From positions 161,757 through 225,756 of IMG/VR virus record IMGVR_UViG_3300025389_000010: a stretch of DNA of 64,000 nt. One strand, written 5' to 3'. Of the stretch, positions 1 to 11,169 are shown piece after piece. The translations under genes and the position numbers were made by a program. Positions within the stretch are counted from its first letter, which is position 1; every line of letters starts with the position of its first letter. The notes below the pieces were generated by a model. It did no database searches. It had not been told where the DNA came from and saw only the letters and a program-made list of their open reading frames with translations. Source of the DNA: a virus. Taxonomy: Duplodnaviria > Caudoviricetes.

Positions 1-211
1 ATATATCAAAAGATTTCCAATATCAAGTTTTAATTTATGGAAATTTCTTCTTTTTTTACAGTTTCAATTCCTCCGGTTAAATATAATCTTACTTTGTAGT
101 ATTCGTCGTGTTCTTCCAATATTTCAACGATTTGTCCTTTTAATAATGGTGGATGATTTTCCGTATTGACGATACCTTGTTTATAAGGTCTGTTTCTTTT
201 CACGTATATAC

Positions 212-406
212 TTACAAAGCACTTTCTAATGCTTCAGACAATATTCTTTTTAAATTGATTGATTCGTTGTGAGAATAATAACCAATTGCTCTTAATTGAG
301 CTTTAGCCCTTGCTTTTGACAAGGGCTTTTTGCTGAAGCATTTCTTTTTTCCGTATCTTTTACAGACTTTGTATCCGCCTTTTACTTTGCTTATCTTATA
401 GGGCAT
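212..406 (-). CDS. Small basic hypothetical protein, probably late/virion
   Basis: 64-aa Lys-rich ORF; TAAGTA motif just upstream of ATG; NES and ILSE motifs near the C-terminus. Confidence 0.7.
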   Translation of the reverse strand: MPYKISKVKGGYKVCKRYGKKKCFSKKPLSKARAKAQLRAIGYYSHNESINLKRILSEALESAL

Positions 407-414
407 GAAGATAC

Positions 415-624
415 TTACTCTTCATCACGATTTGATTTATTTGAAGAAATCGCCCTAGACTTTGGTGCCTTTCCAAGGAAGACAAGCTTTTCGGTTTTGA
501 ATTCCTTTACATATTCATTCCACTCGGAATCGCTCATTCCCTTGGGTCTTTTACTAAGATACTTCTTCTTGTCAAAAGCCTTAATGGTTTTTAAAATATT
601 GTTTGAGATTATTGAATGTGACAT
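415..624 (-). CDS. Hypothetical protein
   Basis: 69-aa ORF in tandem with its minus-strand neighbours. Confidence 0.6.
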   Translation of the reverse strand: MSHSIISNNILKTIKAFDKKKYLSKRPKGMSDSEWNEYVKEFKTEKLVFLGKAPKSRAISSNKSNRDEE

Positions 625-654
625 ATTGTTATATTAACAAATTTTTTTAGTTTG

Positions 655-3600
655 TCAACGAGCTTTTGTATATATCGTAGCTACGCTTGTACCAGCTGTT
701 ATTGTAACAAGATTACCAGAAGTTGTTACAGATCCACCAACTTGCCCAGCATAATACTGACCCGCTATCGTAATACTAGCTGTTCCGTTAGCTCCCGGAT
801 CATTACTGTATTTCGATGGAACATTAGTACCGGGATACAACGTGAAGGCATCACCACCTGAACCCGTACCATTACCTTGACCACTTGGACCTGATTGATT
901 ACTTGCGCCTCCGCCAGTAGCAGTATCCTTTATTACATCATTAACACTTATATTACTAGATCCTCCACCAACACCATCACTACCAAGATAATTACCAATC
1001 TGTGGGGCCGAACCACCTTGACCACCAGCACCTGCTTGTATTTTTATATAATCACCAGCACGTATTTTAAGAGAACCGCTGCTAGTTGCTCCCGCACCAC
1101 CACCATTCCCGTTTTTATAATTACCATTAAAGTCAAATTGACCTTTACCGGCACCACCACCGCCACCAATTAATGCATAATCAATATTAAAAAATACAGG
1201 TGTTAATGTTGGCGTTTGTGTTCTTGTTTGTGTTGGTGTTTGTGTTCTCGTTTGGGTTGCCGTTGGTGTCGTTAGAGGTAAAGCTGCTCCAGCACTTTGG
1301 TTATATAAATTATATAAATAAAGTTCGTATATATATTTGATTTCATCATCAGATAAACCTTTGTTATATATGATCGCCTCGTCTATAAGACCAGAAAGAT
1401 TAGTACCAATGATTGGATAAAAGAATTGAATAGGTGCAGCAACATCTTGATTATAAAATGTCGCTGTTAAAACTATCTGACCATCTAAATAAATATAAAC
1501 ATATGAACCTCTTCTAACCATAACAAGATGATGCCAAGTGTTATTTGTTATTTGTTGTGCGAAGTTACTAATGGAATTACCTCCTATAATTGCTGATAAG
1601 CTTCCACTTGAATTATATGATATTTGATAAGTATCATCACGTGTTCTAAATATTCCAGCAGAGGAGCTATTATTATAAACTTTAAACCAGAAACAAACTG
1701 AAAAATCACCAACAAAAGAAATATTATCTCTTGTTATTAAATTAGATTTAGGATCGTATGAACACGCAACTGCGTTATCACCAGTAAGTCCTGATCTTCC
1801 AGCATTAGGAACAGAATATGCTTGTAGACTATTAAGATTAGAAGAAGTAAATAATGTATAATTGCTATTTACCGAATTATACCAAGGTCCATATTGGGCA
1901 TTTTCATTAAATGTCCAATATGCCACAGCATTACTATTATCAAATATTGATACTGTTATTTTAGGTATAACCGCAAGTGATCTTGCTCCTACGTTACCAT
2001 TGCTGTTAATCTTTGAAGTGGAAACAAGATTACCTGTAATCGCATTAACAAAATACATATAATAGTTACCCGATCCATCTTTTCCTAAACCAAAAACATA
2101 AAGATCTTGAATTGTTGTTTTTGATATTTTAAAAATATTTTGATTAAACACATCAACTTTCAGATTTAGATTTGTGTCAAAAAGCATGGTTGGCGTTGAA
2201 CCGTTTATACCATAAGAATTGCTAACATCATAACATGTAACATGCCCACTGACTGTAGAACCATCAGTTCTTAATATATAAAGTCTATCACCTTTTGAAT
2301 TTAATAAAATTTTAGAATTAAAACCAGTGGCACCGGAAATTACTTTATATTTGAAAGTATATTGATTATCTTGACCGATTCTATTACCAGATTTGTTATA
2401 TTGATACAAATTACCATTATTTGAATACAACCAAATTACGTCTCTATTAGGATCAACAGCAAATGTATCTATTCCATCATCAAATGGATTAAAACCACCA
2501 AAAGAAGCAGACCAGACAAAATCCGTTGAATCTATAGGCGGTAAATAATTTCCACCACCAACGGTAGTTTTAACTTTTGTTAAACGATAATCGTTACCAA
2601 AATTAGAAAACACATATATTGCGCTTAAACTTTGACCTGATGTTGTTAAATCATTTGGATCAACAGCCATATCTTGTGGATTGTGGGACAATAAACTACC
2701 CAAAACACCAAAATTGTTACCATTAAATGTATTAGTTAATATATTGTATTCTACTATACCATTTAAATATGCGATATAAAAATATTTATAGTCTGGTGAA
2801 AATTTACATAAGCAATCATCGTAACGTTGAAAAGGATTAAAATAAGCAGGAGATATTGAAATAGTATTTGAATATAAAAGATTATAATTTGGATCAACGT
2901 TATATATTTCAATAGCACCACCTGATGAATTAACAGCATCAACTGTCACAACCCATATTTGATTTCTATCAGCATTGTATTCAAGCGTTGCAACATAATA
3001 ATTTTTATTATTATTATAATTTTTTAATGATACTAATAATGAATTTAAATTGAATTCTGTGATGTAATCATTACCTGTATTTGAACTACCATCAGGTAAA
3101 ATTGAAACAAGAGAACCTTCTAATTGTGGAACAGGTGTCGGTGTCGGAGTCTGTGTAGGAGTTTGAGATGGTGTCTGTGTTTGAGTCTGTGTACGTGTTT
3201 GAGTCTGTGTACGTGTTTGGGTCTGTGTTTGAGTCTGTGTAGGAGTTTGAGTCCGTGTCGTTGTAGGAGTTTGTGTATAAGTAGGAGTCTGAGTTTGAGT
3301 CTGAGTTTGTGTTTGAGTCTGTGTCTGTGTTTGAGTCTGTGTACGTGTTTGAGTCTGTGTACGTGTTTGAGTCTGTGTTTGAGTCTGTGTAGGTGTGTTT
3401 GATGGTACGGGTGTATTGGTTCTTGTGGGTGTTATAATCGGTACAGGAACAACGTTTGATGAATTATATATTGTTAATTTAGATGATCCTCTTAAATCGT
3501 ATCCTGAATTTACGGTTTTTATAATAGGATTTTTTACAGACGGATCAGTTGACATGTCTATGGTATAGACATGTCCATAATTTATTAAATAAGCATAATC

Positions 3601-6600
3601 AAAAACATTTGTAGTTTCTAAATTATAATATTCTGTGGATTCTGCTATTAATGGAAATGTTTTGGATTTGAAAAAATTTGATATCCCCGTTGATGGATTA
3701 TATTTGATATCAAATACGATTAATTCACATTTATAATCAGTATCAGCATTAAAACTAACAGCATATAAATAAGAATAACCACCTATTAATGAATATGTAA
3801 ATGTGCTACCATAATCATTAATCGGTATATCTGTAATTGTTGGCGTTGATGTCGTGCAATCTATTTTTGTTATTTTTTTATTACCATATATAGCTGTATT
3901 ATAAAAACCGTAGGAAACATAATATATATTATTGTTATTCAAATCTCTTATGATTTTTCCACCAGTTGATTTAAACGGTAATGTTACATATGAATTTGAA
4001 TTTGGTGTATATAAAAATACACTATTACTTGCAGAATTAAGAAAATCAAAAGAAGAACAAATTACCGTATTGTCATCATAATTAAAATTAAAATATGGTG
4101 GAGATGAACCATCTAATGTTGATGGATAATTGTAACTAATTTTATTAATATTGGCGGATGGACCAGAGATAATACTGTATGGTACATACGGTATATTATT
4201 ACTTCCGTTTGTTAAACTCCATGTGTTATCCAACACGTAAAAAGCACCGGCATTATTACCGGGTACTGCATATGCAACATATATGTATGGATGATTTTTA
4301 TCATATGGATTATATGCAATATCTAATATTTGATAATTAAATGGAAATTGAGGTGAAATTGGGTTTGTACTTGGATCAAATAAACACATTTGTCCCAAGA
4401 ATGAAAGTGTGTTTAGGTCATATATTAAAACACATGCAATAGAAATACCCGGTGTTAAAATAATAATAGTATCATTAAATATAAGATTAATAGAATTTGC
4501 TGTATTGTTTGTAAAGTTTACAGCTGCCAATATTTGTTTATTTGCTTTATGTACTGTTACAGATGTTATTTTTGGTGTAGCATCTGAATTACCTACAGTA
4601 ATAACAGGATCAATATTTATAGATCCAATTAAAGGATCTCTTCCACCACTAACACCAATACCCGATAAATTAGGATCAATTATTTTTATATTTTTATTAT
4701 CTGTATTGATAATAAATTCATCCGGTATAACAGAAATATCATTAAAAACACTTTGTATAGAAGGGACATCGCCTGTAATTTGTTTTAAATCAAAACTAAC
4801 TGAATTAATTTGACATATATTCCTAATTGTATCAGCAGATATTATATAAAAATATTTGTTATCATTTGAAATTTTTATATCAGTAACATAATTTTGAGGA
4901 GACCCACCAAAACCAGTATTAATAGGAAGAGTTTGTATTGCTATTATTGGTGGTAATATGTTTGGATTATTCGTTAATAAAGGAACTGTTGGATACCCGC
5001 TATCTGTTAAATTTAAAATTTTAAAATTTCCATTTACTAAAGCATATGCAAGTTTTAATTTTTTATCATTTGGGTCCGTATACAATAATTGTGAATGTAT
5101 TATGCGGTCTCCTCCTGTGATATCAGGATTATATGAAACTGTGTTTGATGACGTAACATTATTAATATAAATTATTCCCCCATAATAGCTTAGGAATATA
5201 TCAGTTGTATTATTGGAAAGATTACTATATATTTGAATTTTACCTCTAGTAAAACCCGAATTAGTAATACTAAATGATTTATTATAAATAAAGGAAATAT
5301 TTGAAGAAGATGACCATATTTCATATATTAAAGTAGTATTACCGGAACTTAAATTAAAATTATAATAATAAACAATTAAATTATCAAAAGCATCAACTCC
5401 CATATCTTCAAAATTATTATTACTAAAAAGAGTAGGATTCGTTTCAATCCCAGTATTACTACTACTAAATTGTAACAATGATGATTGGTCGTTTACAATA
5501 TCATATTTTATTATACCAGCAAAACCTGAATTTGTCTCAACAGCAAAATATGCAATTGTTGCTTCATTATTAAACACTATTTTTGTTATACCATAAGTTG
5601 AATTAAACCCTTGTTTAAAACTATCACCATAGACTAATTTTTTGATAAGTTCTTTTGTTCTGATGTCATATATGTTTACCTGTGCATCATACGGAAAAGT
5701 ATTAGTATTAGTTCTAAAAGCAACATACAAATATGTATTTGATGGGTCTACTGCTGAATAAAAACCATATTGTCCAACAGGAGAACCAGAAGCAGGAATT
5801 TGTTTTAAAAAAAGAGAAGGATCACCATAAGAACCAGCCTCAAAATCATTAATGTAAAAACCATTAACACTATCTACGTGTAGTAATGGTGGAATAGAAG
5901 TACTAGATGGTGTTACTGATGGTGTCTGTGTAGAAGTTTGTGTATTCGTTGGTGTTTGAGTTTGGGTGCGTGTAGGAGTTTGTGTCTGAGTTTGTGTTCG
6001 TGAAGGAGTTTGAGTTTGAGTGGATGTCTGTGTAGGAGTCTGTGTTTGTGTAGGAGTTTGAGTTTGTGTTGGTGTTTGTGTATATGTTGGCGTATTTGTT
6101 TTTGTAGGAGTTTGAGTTGAAGTTTGTGTCTGTGTAGGCGTTTGAGTGTTTGAAGGAGTTTGTGTAACTGTGGGTGTTTGTGTAACACCTGCTGTACTTG
6201 AAGCCGTATTTGTAGGAGTTTGAGTTTGTGTCTGTGTAGGAGTTTGAGTTGAAGTTTGTGTTCTGGTAGGAGTCTGTGTGTTTGAAGGAGTTTGTGTAAC
6301 TGTGGGTGTTTGTGTAATATCCGGTGTACCTGACACGGTATTCGTAGGGGTTTGCGTTTGAGTACGTGTAGGAGTTTGTGTTTGTGTTTGAGTACGTGTA
6401 GGAGTTTGAGTTGAAGTTTGTGTCTGTGTAGGGGTCTGTGTGTTTGAAGGAGTTTGTGTAACTGTGGGTGTTTGTGTAACACCTGCTGTACTTGAAGCCG
6501 TATTTGTAGGAGTTTGAGTTTGTGTTCGTGAAGGAGTTTGTGTTTGCGTTTGAGTACGTGTAGGAGTTTGAGTTGAAGTTTGTGTCTGTGTAGGAGTTTG

Positions 6601-9600
6601 AGTTGAAGTTTGTGTCTGTGTAGGGGTTTGAGTTTGAGTTTGAGTTTGAGTCTGTGTTTGAGATAAAGAAAGGGTCGGTGTAGCAGTTGGTGTCGTTAAT
6701 GGTAATTCCGCCACACTATCTCTTTGATATAAAGAAAAAACATCCACATCAGTTAAGCCAACATCCCATACGATTGCTTCGTCTATATACCCATTGAAAC
6801 TGGAACCTGAATTAGTATCATAATAAAAGAAATTAAATGTATCTGTAAAATTACTTGAAAAACCATAAGGTCCGCTAATAAGATTACCATTTAAATAAAA
6901 GTTAACGTCTGAACCGTTTCGGGTTATAACCGCTTGATACCAAACAGCTACTGATATTGGTGCCGATGTTATCACAATGTTATTAAATGCAAAATTTAAA
7001 ACACCATTTAATGCATAAATTTGAATATCACCGTTTCCAGTTTTAAATAAACCACCACTATTATGGGCATTTGAAATATAAGAATTAAACCAAAAAGAAA
7101 AAGTAAAATCACCATTTAAAGGAACTGTATCTTTTGTAGACAAAAGTGTTTTTTGATTACTTGAATTATTAAGAGTATTAAAAACAGAATTATTTATTTT
7201 TCCAACACCAGAACTATTTACTAAAACATTTGGTAGATTTACATTATCATTATATATTGTATAATCATTACTAATAGAATTATACCAAGGACCAGCATAT
7301 GTTGTTGTTTTTATAAACGGTTCGTCAAAAGTCCAGTATGCTATAACACCAGATAAAATATTTGGTAATGTTTGAGTTAAAGTTGGTGTTTGTGTTTGTG
7401 TTAGTGTATTTGTCGGTGTTGGTGTTCTGGATGTTGTACTTGTCTGCGTATTTGTGTTTGAAGGAGTCTGTGTTTGTGTGTTTGTAGGGGTCTGACTTTG
7501 AGTTTGTGTAACTGTTGGAGTTTGCGTTGCTCCCGCTGTCGGTGTTCTTGTTTGAGTCTGTGTTTGAGTTGGAGTCTGTGTGTTTGTTTGTGTAGCTGTT
7601 GGTGTTTGTGTATTTGACCTAGATGGTGTTTGTGTTTGTGTTACTGTATACGTTGGAGTTGCCGTTTGTGTTACACTTGGCGTTTGTGTGCTTTGTGCGG
7701 TACTGGTTACTGTATTTGTTGGTGTTTGTGTATATGTTTTTGTCGGTGTTTGTGTTTGTGTGGGTGAATTACTCTGTGTGTTTGTCGGCGTTGCAGTCTG
7801 TGTATTTGTCTGAGTTTGAGTAACAGATGTTGTAGGTGTTGGTGTTATTAATTCTGCTCTGGCTTTATTATACTCATATAACCATGTAATATCAGCATCA
7901 AGAAGAACTTTTTTCCAAATTATTGTTTCATCGATATAACCATAAAATCTATAACCAAATGAAAATCTTTGATTTCCCGAAAAAGTTTGATTTGAATATG
8001 AAAATTGCTTTTGACCGTTTACAAAAATACTAACATTACCATTTTGCAATGTTATTACAAGATTTTGCCAATATAATGTTGGATCTGTTGGGCTTGTTGT
8101 GAAATAATAATATTGAGGCGAAAGCGAATTATTAAAGTATATTTTTAAAGCAGGAGAAGCACCACCAACAAAAGATACATTAATGAAATTAGGTGAATTA
8201 CTAGAAGACGGATAATTTGAAATAATTGTACCACTTTGTGAAGAATCTGTTACTTTAAACCAAGTTGATATCGTACATATTGCATTAGCTAATGTATTGT
8301 CAGGACTTATTACTACTGGATCATGTGTGTCTAAATAACTTGTACCGGAAAATACAGCGGCACCGTTTCCTATTACATTTGTACCTATGAATCCTGTTGT
8401 ACTTGTAGAATCATCATACAACGGATAGTTTCCGGTTAAATCATATCTTACGCCTCTCTGTTCATCAAACGTCCAATATGCAATAATGTCTTGATAAACT
8501 TCAGCAGGATCTGATGTTGGTGTTATCGTTTGGGTTGGTGTTTGGGTTTGAGTTGGTGTTTGGGTTTGAGTTTGACTCGGAGTAGGTGTTTGCGTTTGTG
8601 TATTAGATGGTGTCGATGTTTTTGTTTGTGTCGGTGTACCGGTTTGTGTTCTAGAAGGAGTAAACGTTTGTGTCTGTGTCTGTGTCTGTGTAGGAGTTTG
8701 TGTTTGTGACGGAGTCTGCGTTTGAGTCTGTGTAGGAGTTTGAGTCTGAGTAGCAGTCTGGGTTGGAGTACCTGTTTGTGTAATAGGAGGAGTGGGCGTA
8801 TTTGTAACAGTCGATGTATTTGTTTGTGTATTTGTATTTGTAGGAGTCTGTGTTTGTGTTGTCGTCTGCGTTGACGTAACGGTATTTGTAGGAGTCTGTG
8901 TTTGAGTTTGAGTTTGTGTCTGTGTAGGAGTCTGTGTTTGAGTTTGAGTTTGAGTCTGTGTAGGAGTTTGTGTTTGTGATGGAGTCTGTGTTTGTGTCTG
9001 TGTTTGAGTTTGAGTGGGTGTGTTTGTTTGTGTAACTGCCGGTGTAGGAGTATTTGTAACAGTTGAAGTATTTGTAGGCGTGTTTGTATTTGTAGGAGTT
9101 TGCGTCTGTGTCTGTGTAGATGTTTGAGTTGCCGTAACAGTATTTGTGGGAGTCTGTGTTTGAGTTTGCGTTTGAGTCTGCGTTTGTGTTGCTGTCTGAG
9201 TCGCAGTCTGAGTAGGCGATTGCGTTGGTGTTAATGTATTTGTAGGAGTTGGTGTACTTGTTTGTGTAGGAGGAGGAGTGGGTGTACTAGTAACCGTTGC
9301 CGTGTTTGTAGGCGTATTTGTCGGTGTACCCGTAGCAGTTTGGCTAGGAGTTTGAGTGTTTGTCGGTGTACCTGTTTTTGTGGGAGTATTCGATCTAGTC
9401 GGTGTTCTTGTTTGTGTACTTGTAGGTGTTGGTGTTAATGGTGTAGTTGTTGGTGTTATGGTATTTGTCGGTGTATTTGTTGGTGTTTTTGTGGGCAACG
9501 CGATACCGTAAATATCCGTATAAACAATCGGACTTCCAAGACCTGTTACGAAATCATATCCTTTTACGCTTGGCAAAGGATTGCTTCCTGATGTTATATC

Positions 9601-10668
9601 ATTGTAATAATTGCTATAGTTATCAGCAGCAAATTTATAAAACTGTGCAAGTACACCTTGTGAGTTAAAATATAAATTACCGTATGTTGCTTTTCTTGCT
9701 AACAATGCTGCCCACTGTGGCGCACCTGCGCTAGTACCACCAACACTAATCCAACCGTTTTGATTTGTAAAAGGATCTGTAAATTTAACAGCAACATAAG
9801 CACCGGCATTATATGCAACATCGGGTACACCTCTTCCCGAATAAATGTTAAATCCCTTTTGAAAATCAGGTACTGGATTTATTTTGCTATATCCACCACC
9901 GCTATAACTCCATGCTGTTTCTACAAAAGGACCGGTATTATTATTATAATTTTGTGCATTTCCACCCGATAAGACCGTGCCACCAACGCCTATTACATAA
10001 TTTGATGATGCTGGATAATTGACTTCCTCACCGTTATCACCGGATGATGCAACGAAAACACAACCTTTGTTTTTAAAGACTGTATCATCAGTGCTACCAG
10101 AATTAAAATAAAAAATATCTTCTGGACCACCAAAACTCATTGATACGATTTTTGCACCTAATGTATCAACTGCATATTGAACAGCTGCAAATAAATTAGC
10201 TGAACTACTATCTTGTGCAACGACAACGACAATATTAGCTTTTGGTGCCATTGCGTATGCATATTGAACATCAAGTGATGTTTCAATTGCCCAATGTGTT
10301 AAATTGTCTACTTGATTAACTGGTACATTGTCCCAATCAGTTTGGCCTTGTGGATAATAAATGGTTATTGTTTTATTAGGTAATCCAAATTGAGAACAAA
10401 AATCATTAAAATCTTGTTGTAAAAACTTGCTACCGTATGCATCAATTATATAAATCGTTTGACCTTCGCCTTGTTGCTGTACCTGATCAAAACCATAATA
10501 AGAAGAAAGTTGTGAAGGTAAAAGAAATTCTCCGTTTAAACTACCAGCCATTGGTATAAACCCAATCGGCTTTGGTGGTGTGGAACCACTAAGAGCAGAA
10601 CCTTCTGTTTTTGTTAAAGGGTTATACCAATGTAAAAAAGGATTAAGATTTCCTACAACATTGCTCAT
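655..10668 (-). CDS. Giant virion/adhesin-like protein: N-terminal S53 (sedolisin/kumamolisin-like) protease, Thr/Gln/Pro-rich repeats, three LamG-like domains, probable beta-propeller regions, Gly-rich C-terminus
   Basis: S53 motifs ETSLD (Glu/Asp), SSGDNG (oxyanion Asp), GGTSAGAP (Ser) and Ca-site GYDFVTGLGSP; (TQ)n/PT tracts; three AYWTF(D/N)E-initiated LamG-like modules; TATAAGTA upstream. Confidence 0.85.
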   Translation of the reverse strand: MSNVVGNLNPFLHWYNPLTKTEGSALSGSTPPKPIGFIPMAGSLNGEFLLPSQLSSYYGFDQVQQQGEGQTIYIIDAYGSKFLQQDFNDFCSQFGLPNKTITIYYPQGQTDWDNVPVNQVDNLTHWAIETSLDVQYAYAMAPKANIVVVVAQDSSSANLFAAVQYAVDTLGAKIVSMSFGGPEDIFYFNSGSTDDTVFKNKGCVFVASSGDNGEEVNYPASSNYVIGVGGTVLSGGNAQNYNNNTGPFVETAWSYSGGGYSKINPVPDFQKGFNIYSGRGVPDVAYNAGAYVAVKFTDPFTNQNGWISVGGTSAGAPQWAALLARKATYGNLYFNSQGVLAQFYKFAADNYSNYYNDITSGSNPLPSVKGYDFVTGLGSPIVYTDIYGIALPTKTPTNTPTNTITPTTTPLTPTPTSTQTRTPTRSNTPTKTGTPTNTQTPSQTATGTPTNTPTNTATVTSTPTPPPTQTSTPTPTNTLTPTQSPTQTATQTATQTQTQTQTQTQTPTNTVTATQTSTQTQTQTPTNTNTPTNTSTVTNTPTPAVTQTNTPTQTQTQTQTQTPSQTQTPTQTQTQTQTQTPTQTQTQTQTQTPTNTVTSTQTTTQTQTPTNTNTQTNTSTVTNTPTPPITQTGTPTQTATQTQTPTQTQTQTPSQTQTPTQTQTQTQTFTPSRTQTGTPTQTKTSTPSNTQTQTPTPSQTQTQTPTQTQTPTQTITPTSDPAEVYQDIIAYWTFDEQRGVRYDLTGNYPLYDDSTSTTGFIGTNVIGNGAAVFSGTSYLDTHDPVVISPDNTLANAICTISTWFKVTDSSQSGTIISNYPSSSNSPNFINVSFVGGASPALKIYFNNSLSPQYYYFTTSPTDPTLYWQNLVITLQNGNVSIFVNGQKQFSYSNQTFSGNQRFSFGYRFYGYIDETIIWKKVLLDADITWLYEYNKARAELITPTPTTSVTQTQTNTQTATPTNTQSNSPTQTQTPTKTYTQTPTNTVTSTAQSTQTPSVTQTATPTYTVTQTQTPSRSNTQTPTATQTNTQTPTQTQTQTRTPTAGATQTPTVTQTQSQTPTNTQTQTPSNTNTQTSTTSRTPTPTNTLTQTQTPTLTQTLPNILSGVIAYWTFDEPFIKTTTYAGPWYNSISNDYTIYNDNVNLPNVLVNSSGVGKINNSVFNTLNNSSNQKTLLSTKDTVPLNGDFTFSFWFNSYISNAHNSGGLFKTGNGDIQIYALNGVLNFAFNNIVITSAPISVAVWYQAVITRNGSDVNFYLNGNLISGPYGFSSNFTDTFNFFYYDTNSGSSFNGYIDEAIVWDVGLTDVDVFSLYQRDSVAELPLTTPTATPTLSLSQTQTQTQTQTQTPTQTQTSTQTPTQTQTSTQTPTRTQTQTQTPSRTQTQTPTNTASSTAGVTQTPTVTQTPSNTQTPTQTQTSTQTPTRTQTQTQTPTRTQTQTPTNTVSGTPDITQTPTVTQTPSNTQTPTRTQTSTQTPTQTQTQTPTNTASSTAGVTQTPTVTQTPSNTQTPTQTQTSTQTPTKTNTPTYTQTPTQTQTPTQTQTPTQTSTQTQTPSRTQTQTQTPTRTQTQTPTNTQTSTQTPSVTPSSTSIPPLLHVDSVNGFYINDFEAGSYGDPSLFLKQIPASGSPVGQYGFYSAVDPSNTYLYVAFRTNTNTFPYDAQVNIYDIRTKELIKKLVYGDSFKQGFNSTYGITKIVFNNEATIAYFAVETNSGFAGIIKYDIVNDQSSLLQFSSSNTGIETNPTLFSNNNFEDMGVDAFDNLIVYYYNFNLSSGNTTLIYEIWSSSSNISFIYNKSFSITNSGFTRGKIQIYSNLSNNTTDIFLSYYGGIIYINNVTSSNTVSYNPDITGGDRIIHSQLLYTDPNDKKLKLAYALVNGNFKILNLTDSGYPTVPLLTNNPNILPPIIAIQTLPINTGFGGSPQNYVTDIKISNDNKYFYIISADTIRNICQINSVSFDLKQITGDVPSIQSVFNDISVIPDEFIINTDNKNIKIIDPNLSGIGVSGGRDPLIGSINIDPVITVGNSDATPKITSVTVHKANKQILAAVNFTNNTANSINLIFNDTIIILTPGISIACVLIYDLNTLSFLGQMCLFDPSTNPISPQFPFNYQILDIAYNPYDKNHPYIYVAYAVPGNNAGAFYVLDNTWSLTNGSNNIPYVPYSIISGPSANINKISYNYPSTLDGSSPPYFNFNYDDNTVICSSFDFLNSASNSVFLYTPNSNSYVTLPFKSTGGKIIRDLNNNNIYYVSYGFYNTAIYGNKKITKIDCTTSTPTITDIPINDYGSTFTYSLIGGYSYLYAVSFNADTDYKCELIVFDIKYNPSTGISNFFKSKTFPLIAESTEYYNLETTNVFDYAYLINYGHVYTIDMSTDPSVKNPIIKTVNSGYDLRGSSKLTIYNSSNVVPVPIITPTRTNTPVPSNTPTQTQTQTQTRTQTQTRTQTQTQTQTQTQTQTQTQTPTYTQTPTTTRTQTPTQTQTQTQTRTQTQTRTQTQTQTPSQTPTQTPTPTPVPQLEGSLVSILPDGSSNTGNDYITEFNLNSLLVSLKNYNNNKNYYVATLEYNADRNQIWVVTVDAVNSSGGAIEIYNVDPNYNLLYSNTISISPAYFNPFQRYDDCLCKFSPDYKYFYIAYLNGIVEYNILTNTFNGNNFGVLGSLLSHNPQDMAVDPNDLTTSGQSLSAIYVFSNFGNDYRLTKVKTTVGGGNYLPPIDSTDFVWSASFGGFNPFDDGIDTFAVDPNRDVIWLYSNNGNLYQYNKSGNRIGQDNQYTFKYKVISGATGFNSKILLNSKGDRLYILRTDGSTVSGHVTCYDVSNSYGINGSTPTMLFDTNLNLKVDVFNQNIFKISKTTIQDLYVFGLGKDGSGNYYMYFVNAITGNLVSTSKINSNGNVGARSLAVIPKITVSIFDNSNAVAYWTFNENAQYGPWYNSVNSNYTLFTSSNLNSLQAYSVPNAGRSGLTGDNAVACSYDPKSNLITRDNISFVGDFSVCFWFKVYNNSSSAGIFRTRDDTYQISYNSSGSLSAIIGGNSISNFAQQITNNTWHHLVMVRRGSYVYIYLDGQIVLTATFYNQDVAAPIQFFYPIIGTNLSGLIDEAIIYNKGLSDDEIKYIYELYLYNLYNQSAGAALPLTTPTATQTRTQTPTQTRTQTPTLTPVFFNIDYALIGGGGGAGKGQFDFNGNYKNGNGGGAGATSSGSLKIRAGDYIKIQAGAGGQGGSAPQIGNYLGSDGVGGGSSNISVNDVIKDTATGGGASNQSGPSGQGNGTGSGGDAFTLYPGTNVPSKYSNDPGANGTASITIAGQYYAGQVGGSVTTSGNLVTITAGTSVATIYTKAR

Positions 10669-10721
10669 TTATTATTTTATACTTATAAATGAAGTTAATT
10701 TTTCAATAAAAATGTTTTTTT

Positions 10722-11120
10722 TTAATTCGACAATCCGTTATGATTTGTTCTTTCCAAATACTTTAATCTCTCATCGAGATTATCTACTTGTTTTTGGATA
10801 CCCAACATAACTTGGTTATATGCTTTTAATTGTTCGCTATAAGAAACCTGCTGTGTTATAATTGTTTCTAATTTACCTTGTATAATTTCAAATCTTTGTT
10901 TAGCATCATTGTCTTGTCTGGTATCATTTTGTATCTGCTGTTGGACGTATTCTGCAAATTTGTCTTGTTTTACGAAATTAATAGACATCCACATGGTTAT
11001 ATATCCAATAATAACAAAAACAGCCAACATTATGGCAGGTTTCACAAGGAAATCTTTCCAAGATGTTTTTGAATCTTTATCTGGCATGTGGGTCAATGGA
11101 TCAAGAGGTAAAAGGGCCAT
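10722..11120 (-). CDS. Single-TM coiled-coil membrane protein (holin/XhlA-like, tentative)
   Basis: Start refined to MALLPLDP after a TAAATA motif; one hydrophobic helix PAIMLAVFVIIGYITMWM followed by a coiled coil. Confidence 0.55.
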   Translation of the reverse strand: MALLPLDPLTHMPDKDSKTSWKDFLVKPAIMLAVFVIIGYITMWMSINFVKQDKFAEYVQQQIQNDTRQDNDAKQRFEIIQGKLETIITQQVSYSEQLKAYNQVMLGIQKQVDNLDERLKYLERTNHNGLSN

Positions 11121-11169
11121 ATGTTTTAAATATTTATCGATCTTTACTACCCGTTTAATAAAAAAATAT

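Noticed and set aside
3124-9668. Alternative-frame and antisense ORFs in the Thr/Gln tracts (3124-3402, 5913-6482, 7580-7823, 9447-9668)
   Set aside because: Stop-free by-products of low-complexity codon repeats
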